Shown: positions 54,001-64,000 of the stretch, piece after piece
How positions within the stretch are numbered: position 1 is the stretch's first letter
Layout of the letters: every line of letters begins with the position of its first letter
Program-made: the position numbers and the translations under genes
DNA from: Prorocentrum cordatum
Lineage: Eukaryota
DNA length: 64,000 nucleotides
Direction of reading: 5' to 3'
NCBI GenBank assembly: GCA_963575745.1
Contig: CAUYUJ010000211.1
Span: forward strand, 1-64,000
The notes under the pieces: generated by a model
Seen by the model: the letters and a program-made list of their open reading frames with translations, nothing else
Told to the model about the DNA's origin: nothing
Database searches by the model: none

Positions 54001-55876
54001 CGAGGACAGGCCCGTGAATGAGATCACAGGGAAAGAGAGAAGGAGGATGTTTAAGAAGGGGCCAGTTAACACCTCCACCACCTTTACGTATGAAGCTGTC
54101 GGCGAAATTGCTCCACACAAGTGGAAATGCTGTGCATGTGAACATGAGGGATGGCTCAAGACGCCTAGTACGTGTGAGGCGTGCGAAAGAACTGGAACAG
54201 TTAACCCTCTCCCGATGAACGCGATCAACGTTGTCCACAAAGAAAATGAAGAGATTATTCAAGCTTGGGATGATGTTACAGGAAACGAGCTCGACCCTAA
54301 ATTGACTGTGAGAGCGCGTCAAGAAGAAATGGAGCAATTCAGAAAACACAAAGTTTACGAGAAAGTGAAAGAGGAAGTATGCTGGCAAATTACGGGGAAG
54401 GCGCCCATCGGAACCAGATGGATAGACATCAACAAAGGAGATGAGTTAAGCCCAGACCACAGATCAAGGCTGGTAGCCCAGCAAGTTAAATACAACTCCA
54501 AAGAAAAGAACATATTCGCAGCTACACCTCCACTGGAAGCACAAAAACTGCTTTTCTCAATGGCAGTTACCGAGGGAGTTGGATTCACGAACGGTGAGCG
54601 TGAGAAAGGATTAAAGCTAGCATTCATTGACATCAAACGAGCTTACTTTTACGCTCCAGCAAAGAAAGACATATTTATCAGATTACCAGACGAAGACTAT
54701 GAACCAGGTATGTGCGGAAAGCTGTTAAAATCAATGTACGGAACCAGAGACGCTGCGAGTAACTGGGAGGACTGTTACATGGATTTTGCCAACGAAGCTG
54801 GGTTCAAGAGCGGAATTGCGTCACCATGTGTGTTCAAGCATGAGAGTCGAGCGTTATGGTTAACAGTTCATGGAGATGATTTCACGCTGTTAGGAGGTGA
54901 CCATGATCTCGACTGGTTTGAAAATAAAATTAAGGAGGAGTTTGAAGTGAAAGTGAGAGGACGACTTGGACCAGGGAAGGAGGACATGAAAGCGATCAGA
55001 ATTCTTAACAGGATTGTTGAATGGACCCAGGAAGGATTGAGGTATGAGGCAGATCAAAGGCATGCAGAGATAATTGTGAAAGAGCTTGAGCTAGAAGGAG
55101 TAAAGGTGAGGACTGAAGTGCCAGGTGAGCGAATTCCAGTTGAAGAGGGAGATGAGGAAGAGCTTTCGCCCAACATGACTAAAATATATCAAGCGTTGAC
55201 GGCCAGAGCAAATTACTTAGCTCAGGACAGGTCTGACATACAGTATTCGGTAAAGGAACTCGCTAGGACCATGTCAAAGCCCACGATGAGCTCTTGGAAA
55301 GGTTTAGTCAAGTTAGGAAAGTATTTGAAGTACCACAGCAGAAGCGGCTATGTGTATCAATATCAGGAGCAGCCCCAAGAGTTAACCATTTGGACTGACA
55401 CAGATTACGCAGGATGTAAGCGAACGAGGAAGTCTACGAGTGGGGGAGTAGTGATGTGGGGTAAACATCTCATAAAGTCCTGGAGCACGACTCAGAGTGT
55501 AATTGCGTTATCGTCAGGTGAAGCAGAGTATTACGGACTGGTGAAAGGAGGATCAGTGGGTTTAGGACTTCAGGCAGTATTGAGAGACTTTAACTTGGAA
55601 GTTGAGATTACAGTGAAGAGTGACGCCACAGCTGCGATTGCCATCGCAAGCAGACGAGGCTTGGGGAAGGTAAGACATATCGAGGTGTGTCAGTTGTGGT
55701 TACAGCAGAAAGTTAAGGAGGGAGTGATTCGTATTGTGAAAGTCGGGACACACGAGAATGCAGCAGATGCGTTGACCAAGTGTGTCAGTCGTGAAAGCAT
55801 GAGCACACATCTACGAAACACGAATCAATGTGCATTAACAGGCAGGCATGAGCTTGCACCAGCTACTGAATGTTGA
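51095..55876 (+). CDS. pol: Pol (ORF2): integrase, C5-DNA-methyltransferase-like insert, reverse transcriptase, RNase H
   Basis: HHCC HNTTH..CPHC (51242-51286); DDE MDY/SDG/GEIER; RT RSRLVA, DIKRAY, KSMYG, VHGDD (54866-54880); RNase H TDTDYAG, EAEY, SDATAA, NAADALTK. Confidence 0.95.
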   Translation: MKVGADEGSESGGNDSELSDVEDVFVSDEAELPKKIYCDMRPSKEEVEAHNTTHLPCRSWCPHCVRGKARRRNHRRRKREGNGNVPVISMDYMWLKGRKDEGESSSNGNPILVMRCRETKLTWSRVLMKKGVDSYSVKVGCDMISFTGYKKVILKSDGEAAITALANRIKASCDLDMGVEVSPVGDSKANGEIERAVRTVQGQVRTFKSALDANYKTEFGESHQIILWLVSYASSLINKFAIDTDGKTAHERCRGRKFNKQIPEFGECVMYLKTPAHKGREKLEMRWESGVFLGINEKSQELIIGTPHGAIKAHEFKRKGSDAERWNIAEITEIKGLPWQPDPSTAGMQLQSRIMVPMDLPEQELTAPETKPLIARGIAVKKHEYLKMGPTPGCYGCKCLVRGDKEHKPRNADCRARVIEWLKKQESPNIQARLASAQLRLESKSRAPENREQESESQTKKLRINVPPPPSAKVEEPKDEWVIKGNKVICQHRRPRKELAFPTNGGCPVDWDKLKPKRYTHAIMIDGGKIHEHEDALCGKDGGDQTWAMGNPFNGYWTGWTEFEVEDEEMKDPPREPVKRKAEDDHDEEDQQATQHRQLDMEQDEEMSEVNDIKLGLNMMGFDSELVEWLTSGELNIVRQLNEVRRATGLHGACQHETQAHVTEAYSPVRVTGMAEKMGLIPGLAMDLTTRDQHGNPWDFNVPAMRVKAKKIVKSKAALLLVVSPMCAAFSRLQSFNFKRLGADRVKQMLDYGIKHLTFAMELCEIQRRNGLYFLFEHPAGATSWGTSTVQRLLRNKDVKVYDGDLCCYDLKQVVKGEEMFIKKPTKFMTNSSAIGHELSWKCKGQHRHIELTGGSRTHRSEVYPDKLCRAILKGLIKQMKIDGRQGGTFKEEEVANMEVEEEEQSEAQIGEINWACEHENEDRKHKHQLTWTRRDYGTRRLMLPGPSGPQWSSCIRRITANIDTGKIIEDRPVNEITGKERRRMFKKGPVNTSTTFTYEAVGEIAPHKWKCCACEHEGWLKTPSTCEACERTGTVNPLPMNAINVVHKENEEIIQAWDDVTGNELDPKLTVRARQEEMEQFRKHKVYEKVKEEVCWQITGKAPIGTRWIDINKGDELSPDHRSRLVAQQVKYNSKEKNIFAATPPLEAQKLLFSMAVTEGVGFTNGEREKGLKLAFIDIKRAYFYAPAKKDIFIRLPDEDYEPGMCGKLLKSMYGTRDAASNWEDCYMDFANEAGFKSGIASPCVFKHESRALWLTVHGDDFTLLGGDHDLDWFENKIKEEFEVKVRGRLGPGKEDMKAIRILNRIVEWTQEGLRYEADQRHAEIIVKELELEGVKVRTEVPGERIPVEEGDEEELSPNMTKIYQALTARANYLAQDRSDIQYSVKELARTMSKPTMSSWKGLVKLGKYLKYHSRSGYVYQYQEQPQELTIWTDTDYAGCKRTRKSTSGGVVMWGKHLIKSWSTTQSVIALSSGEAEYYGLVKGGSVGLGLQAVLRDFNLEVEITVKSDATAAIAIASRRGLGKVRHIEVCQLWLQQKVKEGVIRIVKVGTHENAADALTKCVSRESMSTHLRNTNQCALTGRHELAPATEC
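53075..53725 (+). other. C5-cytosine methyltransferase-like domain within Pol
   Basis: Ordered motifs EAYSP (I-like), MDL/WDF (II/III-like), VSPMCAAFS (IV), FLFEHP (VI), KKPT (VIII-like), YPDKLCRAI (X-like). Confidence 0.7.
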
Positions 55877-55979
55877 CGTATCGAATGTTGATGTTCGCAG
55901 CTCATTTCTGTCAAGCAAACTGCAGCTATTAAAGGCCTTCTCCACCCATCACCTCTCACTCTTGAGCGTGAACGAGGGA

Positions 55980-58235
55980 ATGGCGGCTCCCCAGGTCAAC
56001 CTCACCATCAACGGCTCCATGGTCGACCAGAGCCCGGCTGGGGATGGACCGGTTACGCGTGAGAACCTCAACCGCCGTGTTGACGACATGGTGCACGTTG
56101 CCCACGCGTTTACCGTCACCCTCACTAACATGGCGATTAACTTCCACGGAGCCTACGACAAACACGTTGACGAGGTGCAAAGGGCCGCGGATGACATGGC
56201 GGCGAGGATCGAGGAGTTGACGCGGCAGAACGATGCGCTGATCCAGGACAGTGACGACGTCAACGAGAATCTCCAAAGGGCGCAGAAGGAGATTAACGAC
56301 CTGATGGCGACGATTACGGACCTGAACATTCAGAACCGCGACTCGGGGGTTAACACGGAGGAGAATGCAACCAAGTATAGGCGCATCAACGACAACATTG
56401 GTTACCTCCTGAACACCGCCAAGCGCCTTACCGATAACATCACGCCCCTGCAGGACTTCGAGGGTAAACGTGATGCGGCGCTACGCCTGTTGGTGGCAGT
56501 AACGGAGAGGCTGGAAGGATTACAGAGGTTCTTGCATGACCCGATCAACTCCCCGGTTACCAACATCCCGCAGGTTCCTCCGCCGTTGCCCGAGCAGCCC
56601 CCAACAGCAGTGGTCGCCAAGGCACCTCCCACTGCAGTCAACGCGACGGCCGGGGCCAGCCAGCCTCTAGCCCGAGCTGCCGCCGCATCGGGTGCACCCC
56701 CGGCTCAGGGCTTTACCGGCACCACGCCCAAGACCGGAGGATTCGGTCGATCCGTGTCGCCGAATAAGATCCCACAGTCAACGTCACCTCAACCTGTTTA
56801 CAAGAAGGCACCCAAGGCCATGCATGAGCGTAAGCGGGAATTGGAAGAGTTACTGCAGCTGGGAATGAAGATGGATGAAGATCGTGCACAGGGCAGTCAA
56901 CGTGACGAAGCAGCAAAAGGCCCTGCCCCGGTGGTGAAAGCGAGGGCGCCCAAGCCGCCTCCTCCAGGCCTTGGAGAGTCAGGTGCATCAAGCAGTGTTA
57001 GCGGCATGAATCCCCCGCCTCCGGTGCCCAAGAAGTTATCGACCCAGTATGTTCCTCCACCGCAGCCTCAAACCGTTAACCGTACGGACGAGCAGCTCGC
57101 GGCATACTCGCGGAACGTCGCCGGGGGCATGTACCGGCCACTGTATCATGTCAACGGCCGCATGCCTATGGTAAACGACAAGAGCGAGGACCACGACGTC
57201 AACTACAAGGTGGAGCCCGACCCCAGGGAGGTAGTCGCATTAACGATGAAGACGCGCGACAACTGGCGCAGGTTCGAAGGCAACTTCGTCGGACATGTGG
57301 CAAAAGAGGGGTTAACGACTCCAGGTGGTCGATCTATCCCGGGCAACACGGGGCGGGAACTCAACGACTACGATGAGGTGTTCGTCGACATTTACGGGCA
57401 GCACGCCTACGGCTTCCTTGGTTACTCTGTGTTAAAGGGCCCAAGCAGCTGGAGGTCTCAGTTGACGGAGAAGGAGCTGGAAAAGCACGACGAGTGGGTT
57501 GACGCGGTCGGGCACGTACAATCCCTGTTCGACGACGAGTACGTGCCGCCGATTCACGTTAACGATCTCCACCCAGTGTGGTTCGACGTTCACAGCTGCC
57601 CAGACACACAGGTCTACGTCAACAAGGCGCCAGAAATGAACGAGAAACAGCTTAACGGCCTTCTGCTAACGTGGGCCGGGATGCTGCCCCACGGCAACCC
57701 CGCCGTGGTCTCCGTTAAGCACCTGGTGGAAGACACTTACGGACCGCACGGCTACATCTCAACTGGGGTTACCGTGATCAGGTTTGCGACGCACGACCTC
57801 GCCAAGCTCTATTGTCGTTACATGAACGGGCTCCAGGTGTATTACCGCAACTACTTCATCGAGGATCTCGAGGTCAGGAGCGCCGAGGAGTTAAAGGGCA
57901 GCATCAACAAGCCCCCGGTTTACTGGCACCAGACCATCCTGGAGGTCGCTCTTAACGACCAGGGGTCCATGAGGGCGCTCTACCGTGACAACTGGCCTGC
58001 GGATCACATTACCGAGCGTAAAAGTGACCACCGCGAGAAGCTCTGTTGGTTTGGGTGGTTGCCGTGTGACGACTTTGCCAACTGGCTTACCGACCCGTAC
58101 TGGACTGTGAACCCATTTACCGGAGTTGCGGTCGAGGAGCACCTCCGCAACAATCCAGGTGGTAAACCTCTGCTGAAGGCTCCCCACGCCAGTTACTGGA
58201 GGGCCATTGGCAGGTACTTACCACAATATTGTTGA
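55980..58235 (+). CDS. ORF3: coiled coil, Pro/Ala-rich linker and RRM-like domain
   Basis: Long non-repetitive ORF inside the LTRs (track 55848..58235; a likely start is ATG 55980, MAAPQ). Heptad-like region 56150-56535; VYVNKAP / TGVTVIRF / YMNG at 57603-57840. Confidence 0.85.
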   Translation: MAAPQVNLTINGSMVDQSPAGDGPVTRENLNRRVDDMVHVAHAFTVTLTNMAINFHGAYDKHVDEVQRAADDMAARIEELTRQNDALIQDSDDVNENLQRAQKEINDLMATITDLNIQNRDSGVNTEENATKYRRINDNIGYLLNTAKRLTDNITPLQDFEGKRDAALRLLVAVTERLEGLQRFLHDPINSPVTNIPQVPPPLPEQPPTAVVAKAPPTAVNATAGASQPLARAAAASGAPPAQGFTGTTPKTGGFGRSVSPNKIPQSTSPQPVYKKAPKAMHERKRELEELLQLGMKMDEDRAQGSQRDEAAKGPAPVVKARAPKPPPPGLGESGASSSVSGMNPPPPVPKKLSTQYVPPPQPQTVNRTDEQLAAYSRNVAGGMYRPLYHVNGRMPMVNDKSEDHDVNYKVEPDPREVVALTMKTRDNWRRFEGNFVGHVAKEGLTTPGGRSIPGNTGRELNDYDEVFVDIYGQHAYGFLGYSVLKGPSSWRSQLTEKELEKHDEWVDAVGHVQSLFDDEYVPPIHVNDLHPVWFDVHSCPDTQVYVNKAPEMNEKQLNGLLLTWAGMLPHGNPAVVSVKHLVEDTYGPHGYISTGVTVIRFATHDLAKLYCRYMNGLQVYYRNYFIEDLEVRSAEELKGSINKPPVYWHQTILEVALNDQGSMRALYRDNWPADHITERKSDHREKLCWFGWLPCDDFANWLTDPYWTVNPFTGVAVEEHLRNNPGGKPLLKAPHASYWRAIGRYLPQYC

Positions 58236-58836
58236 CGGGTCCACCAAGAGCTTTGACGAGGGGTGCTGGTTGGACGACGAGGAGCGCATTAACGCGTACC
58301 TGGACACCGACTATTACAGCCCGACGCAGGCCCTTAACAGGGTGTCGTCCTATACGGCGGCCAGCGTGGGGCACCGTGGTTTACCGAAGTCCAGGGGCGC
58401 GCGTGCTCCGTCAGTGAGGCGCCCGCGCCGGTCGTAAACGGTGACAGGTGACCGGCATGCCTTTCTTTTACGCTCGCTCTCATCTCCCCTCTCAACCAGG
58501 CTTAACAATAGCATTGCAGTAGACTATTGAGCTGAATCTATTTGCGTGTGCATCTTTTATAGTTACCGCAGGTATTGGCGCATAACAAGCGAAAGCAATC
58601 AAAACCATGTAAATGCTAGCCTGCCGTGTGAACCTTAGATGCTACTTTTAAACTCGTAACTGATTGAATGTTTACTTGAGCTCACGTTGCATGTCTGAGA
58701 GACGTGGTGCTCGTGAACGTGGTTATGAGATATTTCGAATTCGGCAGTGTGACGATACTCACGCAGCCTGTCGCTTGATTTAACCTGTCTTTGTGTTTAC
58801 AAGGACCTCCCCGTCAGCCAATGCGGACTGGCGTCC

Positions 58837-58845
58837 GAGGGGGGG
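58837..58845 (+). promoter_or_regulatory. Polypurine tract
   Basis: GAGGGGGGG immediately before the 3' LTR. Confidence 0.85.
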
Positions 58846-59021
58846 TGTTAACATGCAAGCATGCGTGTGACAGGGGAGGCATAGTAACCCCGCTGCCTTT
58901 TGGCTCAAGTGTTTAACGGTCGAAGTCACATCGACCAGTTGCGCAGTTCGGGAGTATAAAGGTGACCTATCGTTATCATTGTCGCCAAGCTCCCGTGCAG
59001 AACCCTCCTCGGGGTTTTGCA
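58846..59021 (+). repeat. 3' LTR (176 bp), with DinoSL-like motif at 58889-58909
   Basis: Direct repeat of 48217-48391; contains CCCGCTGCCTTTTGGCTCAAG. Confidence 0.97.
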
Positions 59022-59796
59022 GGAGGAGGAGGAGGAGGAGGAAGAGGGGGAGGAGGAGGATAATGAGAGAAGGGGACGAGGAGGAGGAGGAGGAGTAGGA
59101 GGAGGAGGAGGAGGAGGAGAGGAGGAGGAGGAGGAGGAGGAGGAGGAGGAGGAGGAGGAGGAGGAGGAGGAGGAGGGAGGAGGAGAGGAGGAAGGAGGAG
59201 GAGGAGGAGGAGGAGGAGGAGGAGGAGGAGGAGGAGGAGGAGGAGGATGAGGAGGAGGAGGAGGAGGAGGAGAGGAGAGGAGGAGGAGGAGGAGGAGAGG
59301 AGGAGGAGGAGGAGGAGGAGGAGGAGGAAGAGGAGGAGGAGGAGGAGGAGGAGGAGGAAGGAGGAGGAGGAGGGGAGGAGGAGGAGGAGGAGGAGGAGGA
59401 GAGGGGAGGAAAGGAGGAAGGAGGAGGAGGAGGAGGAGAGGAGGAGGAGGAAGGAGGAGGAGGAGGAGGAGGAGGAGGAGATGAGGAGGAGGAGGAGAGG
59501 GGAGGAGAAGAGGAGGAGGAGGAGGAGGAGGAGGGAGGAGAGGAGGAGGAGGAGGGCGGAGGAGGAGGAGGAGGAGGAGGAGGAGGAGGAGGAGGGGAGA
59601 GGAGGGGGAGGAGGAGGAGGGAGGAGGAGGAGAGGAGGAGGAGGGGACGACGAGGAGGAGGAGGGGACGAGGAGGAGGCGGGGGAGGAGGAGGAGGAGGA
59701 GGAGGAGGAGGAGGGAGGGAGGAGGAGGAGGAGGAGGAGGAGGAGGAGGAGAGAAAGGACGAGGCGACCGAGGGAGGAGGTGGATGAGGAGGAGGA

Positions 59797-59828
<32 letters not shown>

Positions 59829-59840
59829 GAGGAGGAGGGG
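59022..59840. repeat. (GGA)n tract, right flank
   Basis: Direct reading. Confidence 0.95.
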
Positions 59841-59984
59841 TTCTGGACCCCTCCCCCCGGACCGTCGTTTCGGCCCGATTCGTTTTTTCGACGGTCCTGG
59901 GGAGCCGCGGGGCACCCCAGAGGTTTGATCACGGCCCGCGGCCCCTGGCGCCAGGAGACTGGCGCTGCCGCCGCCGCTGCCGCC

Positions 59985-59990
59985 GCCACC

Positions 59991-60079
<89 letters not shown>

Positions 60080-60651
60080 GATCACCATCATCGTCATGAT
60101 CATCATCATCATCACCATCATCACCACCACCATCATCATCACCACCACTACCACCACCATCATTATCATAAGCCTCATCCTCACCCTCGTCCTCATCCTC
60201 CTCATCACCCTCATCCTCCTCATCCCCATTCTCTTCCTATCATCCTCATTCTCGTCCTCATCGTCATCATCATCACCATCACCATCACCAGTCATAATCG
60301 TTGACACAATCATCGCCGTCGTCATCATAATTATAACAATCACCATCACCATCGCCATCATCAACTTCAATTCCGTTTTCATCATCAAGATCGTAAGCAT
60401 GCTCTCTTTCATCGTCACCATCGTCATCATCATCAGCATCGGCATCATCAGCGGCATCATCATTAGCATCATCAGCATTATCATCAGCACTACTATCACC
60501 ACTATCATCATACTTTTTCTTGTATTTGTTATCATCAGCATCATCATCACCAGCATCATGATCACCACCACCATCACCAGCATCCTGATCCTCATCCTCA
60601 TCCTCATTCTCATCCTCATCACCACCACCATCACCATCACATCAGCATCAG

Positions 60652-60685
<34 letters not shown>

Positions 60686-61072
60686 GTCATCACCATTACC
60701 ACCACCATCTCATCAGCACCATCAGCAGCATCATCATCACCACTCATCAGCGTCATCAGCATCACTATCACCAGCACCATTATAATCACCATCATCATCG
60801 TCATCATCATCATCGTCATCATCATCGTCGTCATCATCAATTACATCGTCTTCATCATCATCACCATCACCATCATCACCACCATCATCATCATCAACAT
60901 CATCACCACCACCACCATCATCATCAGCACCACCATTATCACCATCATCAGCATCAGCAGCAACATAATCATCATCATCATCAGCATCATCATCATCATC
61001 ATCATGATCATCATCATCAGCATCATCATCATCACCATCATCTTCATCATCATCATCATTATCATCATCATC
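59985..61072. repeat. (CAT)n degenerate microsatellite
   Basis: Direct reading. Confidence 0.95.
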
Positions 61073-62089
61073 CGACCTTTTCTTCCTCGAGGCACTACGA
61101 AGAAGCTTGCCGCCGAGCAAGGCTCATCTACCTGCTGGGCAGCAGGAGCTATCCCAAGGGAAACCAGGCAGGACATCGGGATCCCGGGCAAAACCCTGGC
61201 AGATTCGAAACCAGCTGAACGCTAAAACTGGGCTTCCTGTTTCTTCTCCTTCTCCTCCTCCTCCTCCTCTCCCTCCTCCTTCTCCTCCTCCTCCTCAGCC
61301 CGTTCTATAGCGCCCCCCCCACACTGGTGCAAACATGTCATCCCCGATAGCCTGATTTCTTAATTTCTTTTTCACCACCTGACCTTCTGTGGCCTCTCTT
61401 GTGGCAGTGTGTCTCCTCCTCCTCCTCCTCCTGCTCCCGCTCCTGATCCTACTCCTCCTACTCCTCCTCCTTGAAAGCTTTCAAGACACATCAAGGCCAA
61501 CACGGACGAGCCATACATTGCACAGCACATCACTTGGGCACACACCCAGATGAGGGAGACTGGGGAATCACCCCAGTCGCGAAATCGTTGCACTTGCCCA
61601 ACACGCCATCTGTGTCAGGGATAGTGTCGTGCAACATGCATGCAGTCATCGGCAGCTTACAATGCATAAGCTATCTCCTCCTCCTCCTCCTCTGCGTCCC
61701 TCTCGGCCTTCCCGCCCCGCTTCCTGCCAAGTTGCTCCCAGGAGACGCACACGCCGCCTCCGCCGAGAACCCCTCGCCGGCGCCGCGGCGAGCCCGCCGA
61801 GCCGACCGCCGCCGCGCCGGGCTCGGCCGCGGGGCCGCGGGGCCTCGCCCACCGCTCGCTGCTGCAGGCGCTCGCCCGGCGCGCCGCGGGCGGCGGCACT
61901 CCGCCCGGCGGCCTGGGCCAGCGGTCGCTGCTGCCGGCGTTCGCGGAGGGCGCCGGGGGCGGCGGCGCCTCGGTCGGCTGGGGCGCTGCGCTCGGCCTGG
62001 GCGCGCTGTACGGAGCCGCTGGCGGCGGCAGCGGCGGCGACCCCCCCCCCTTTTGTGGTGAGCCATGCTTCCGCTGTGTAGATACCTCT

Positions 62090-62878
62090 GTATGCGTACG
62101 TACATGCATGCATGCAGGCGTGCGTGCACATGTACATACACACATGCAAGCATACATCTAGGAATACAAGCATGCACCCATGCATGCATGCAAACGTACA
62201 CAGACACACAGACACATACAGCCATACATACCTACATGCATGCATGTATGCATGCGTACATACATACACTCATACATACGTGCATGCATGCATCCATATA
62301 TACATACAGCCATACATACATACATACACACATACACGCACACACTCATACAAGCATGCACATTTACACACACCCATCCATCCGCTCATCCATGCAAGCA
62401 TACATCCACACAGACATACACACATACACATACACACAGGCACACATACATACATGCATACATACATACATACGTAGATACATGCATTCATCCATCCATG
62501 CATGCATGCGTGCATGCGCACATACTCGAATACACGTTTATACTTGTACATACGTACAAACATACATACATCCACAATACATACATACACTCATACACAC
62601 ATACGCACATACACCTACATAACTCGTCATACATGCATACGAGCATACAGGTCTTCACACATGCATTGACACATACGCCTACACAATTACACACATACAT
62701 ACACACACCCATCCATCCATACATACTTACGCATACAAACACACACAACCACACACATCCGTACATACACACATGCATACGCACATCAATACATACACAC
62801 ACACATACATACATATAATCGTACACACGTACACACATACATGCATGCATGCATACATACATATATACATACACGCAT
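62090..62878. repeat. (CATA)n/(CATG)n degenerate alternating purine-pyrimidine repeat
   Basis: Direct reading. Confidence 0.9.
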
Positions 62879-63055
62879 TCCGCTAGGATCACCCGACGGG
62901 GGATAGGGAGGTCGGGGGGGGGGGAATGGGGAGGTGGTCGACATGCGATGACTCCCACCTAGCGCCACCAAATAATGCGAGGGCAAACATAAACCCCCTA
63001 CTTCCGCTTGCTTCTATCTCACAACCCATCCATCTTTACATGTTTCTATCTATCC

Positions 63056-63094
<39 letters not shown>

Positions 63095-63859
63095 CTCGAT
63101 CGAGTCGACACAACAATCAGTCTATCTATCCATCTACCAACAATCTATCTATCTATCTACCGAGTCGATCCATCAACCAGTCCTATCTATCTACCTACCT
63201 ATCGGGACAACAACTTTCCGCACATATCCCCCAACATCCGATCTATGTATCTAGATATTTGCCTATCTGTCTATATGTACCTATCCACCTGCCTATATCT
63301 ATCTATATATGCTCCATCGGTATACCTATCTTTGTATCTACCTGCCTCTCTACATATTTAGGTATCTATATATACACATATATTTCTCGATCTATCTATA
63401 TATCTGGTGGTGTCGGTGATGATGGTGAGTGGTGGTGGTGGTGATGGCGGTGATGGTGCTGGTGATGGCGTGATGGTGTGGTGGTGGTGGCCATGTGACA
63501 TGATTGTTTTTTTGGTACAGGCTGGTGCACGATATGCCAGCGTCACTTGGTGGCGCGCCCACTTCTATGCCGAACGGCCTCGCACTCGAGAAAAAACACA
63601 ACTGTTGCAATCCCACTCCCGCGGCTAACCCTCACGACCCGCTACCCGCTGTCAGAGCCTGGCGACGTAGGGAGGCTACGTGGGGCTGCCGCGGCGGTGC
63701 AGACGCGCATGCTTTAATGGCTTCGCACTCAAGACGAAAGTAAACTACTGCTGCAATCCATGGCACTTGCCACCGTTCTATCTATGTATCTCTCTATCGG
63801 TCCATGGATCTATCTATCTACCTATCTCTCGGACTATCTACCTATCTATCGCCCACTCT

Positions 63860-64000
63860 ATCGGGTCAACCGTCGGAACAACCATCGGGACAACCGTCGG
63901 GACAACCATCGGGACAATCATCGGGACAACCATCGGGACAACCATCGGGACAGCCATCGGGACAACCATCGGGCCAACCATCGGGACAACCATCGGGACA
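63860..64000. repeat. 12-bp ACCATCGGGACA tandem array, running off the window end
   Basis: About 11 units. Confidence 0.95.

Larger units (their letters stand above)
48217..59021 (+). mobile_element. Full-length Ty1/copia LTR retrotransposon with three ORFs
   Basis: TG...CA LTR pair, PBS, PPT, GGAGG on both flanks (48212-48216 and 59022-59026), domain order Gag-PR-INT-RT-RNase H. Confidence 0.97.

Noticed and set aside
55848..58235. ORF3 as a retroviral envelope gene
   Set aside because: No signal peptide or transmembrane segment is visible
47121..59080. GGATAATGAGAGAAGGGGACGAG on both sides of the retrotransposon (47121 and 59058) as a long TSD
   Set aside because: Not adjacent to the LTR ends; better explained by older duplication within the GGA tract

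Overview
Eukaryotic, GC-rich, microsatellite-saturated genomic DNA, most likely from a dinoflagellate (Prorocentrum-like). This is inferred from the EQWQRAL-type PPR arrays, the repeat landscape and a dinoflagellate spliced-leader (DinoSL)-like motif. Most long ORFs in the track are artefacts of simple repeats. The main element is a full-length ~10.8 kb Ty1/copia LTR retrotransposon (48217-59021) with 175/176-bp LTRs, a tRNA-iMet-type PBS, a PPT and GGAGG on both flanks inside a (GGA)n tract. It is unusual in several ways: a DinoSL-like sequence in both LTRs; a gag-protease ORF joined to pol by a probable -1 frameshift (G GGU UUU), broken in this copy by a 25-bp duplication; a C5 DNA-methyltransferase-like domain plus small accessory modules between integrase and RT; a third sense ORF with coiled coil and RRM-like fold; and apparent TTAAC enrichment. 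Elsewhere the window holds a degenerate PPR array with a 642-bp higher-order repeat, a 67-aa tandem-repeat coding segment, (AAC)n-tailed dispersed repeats, TIR/hairpin (MITE-like) elements, many satellites and one 100-N gap. All domain calls come from reading motifs by eye; no database search was run.
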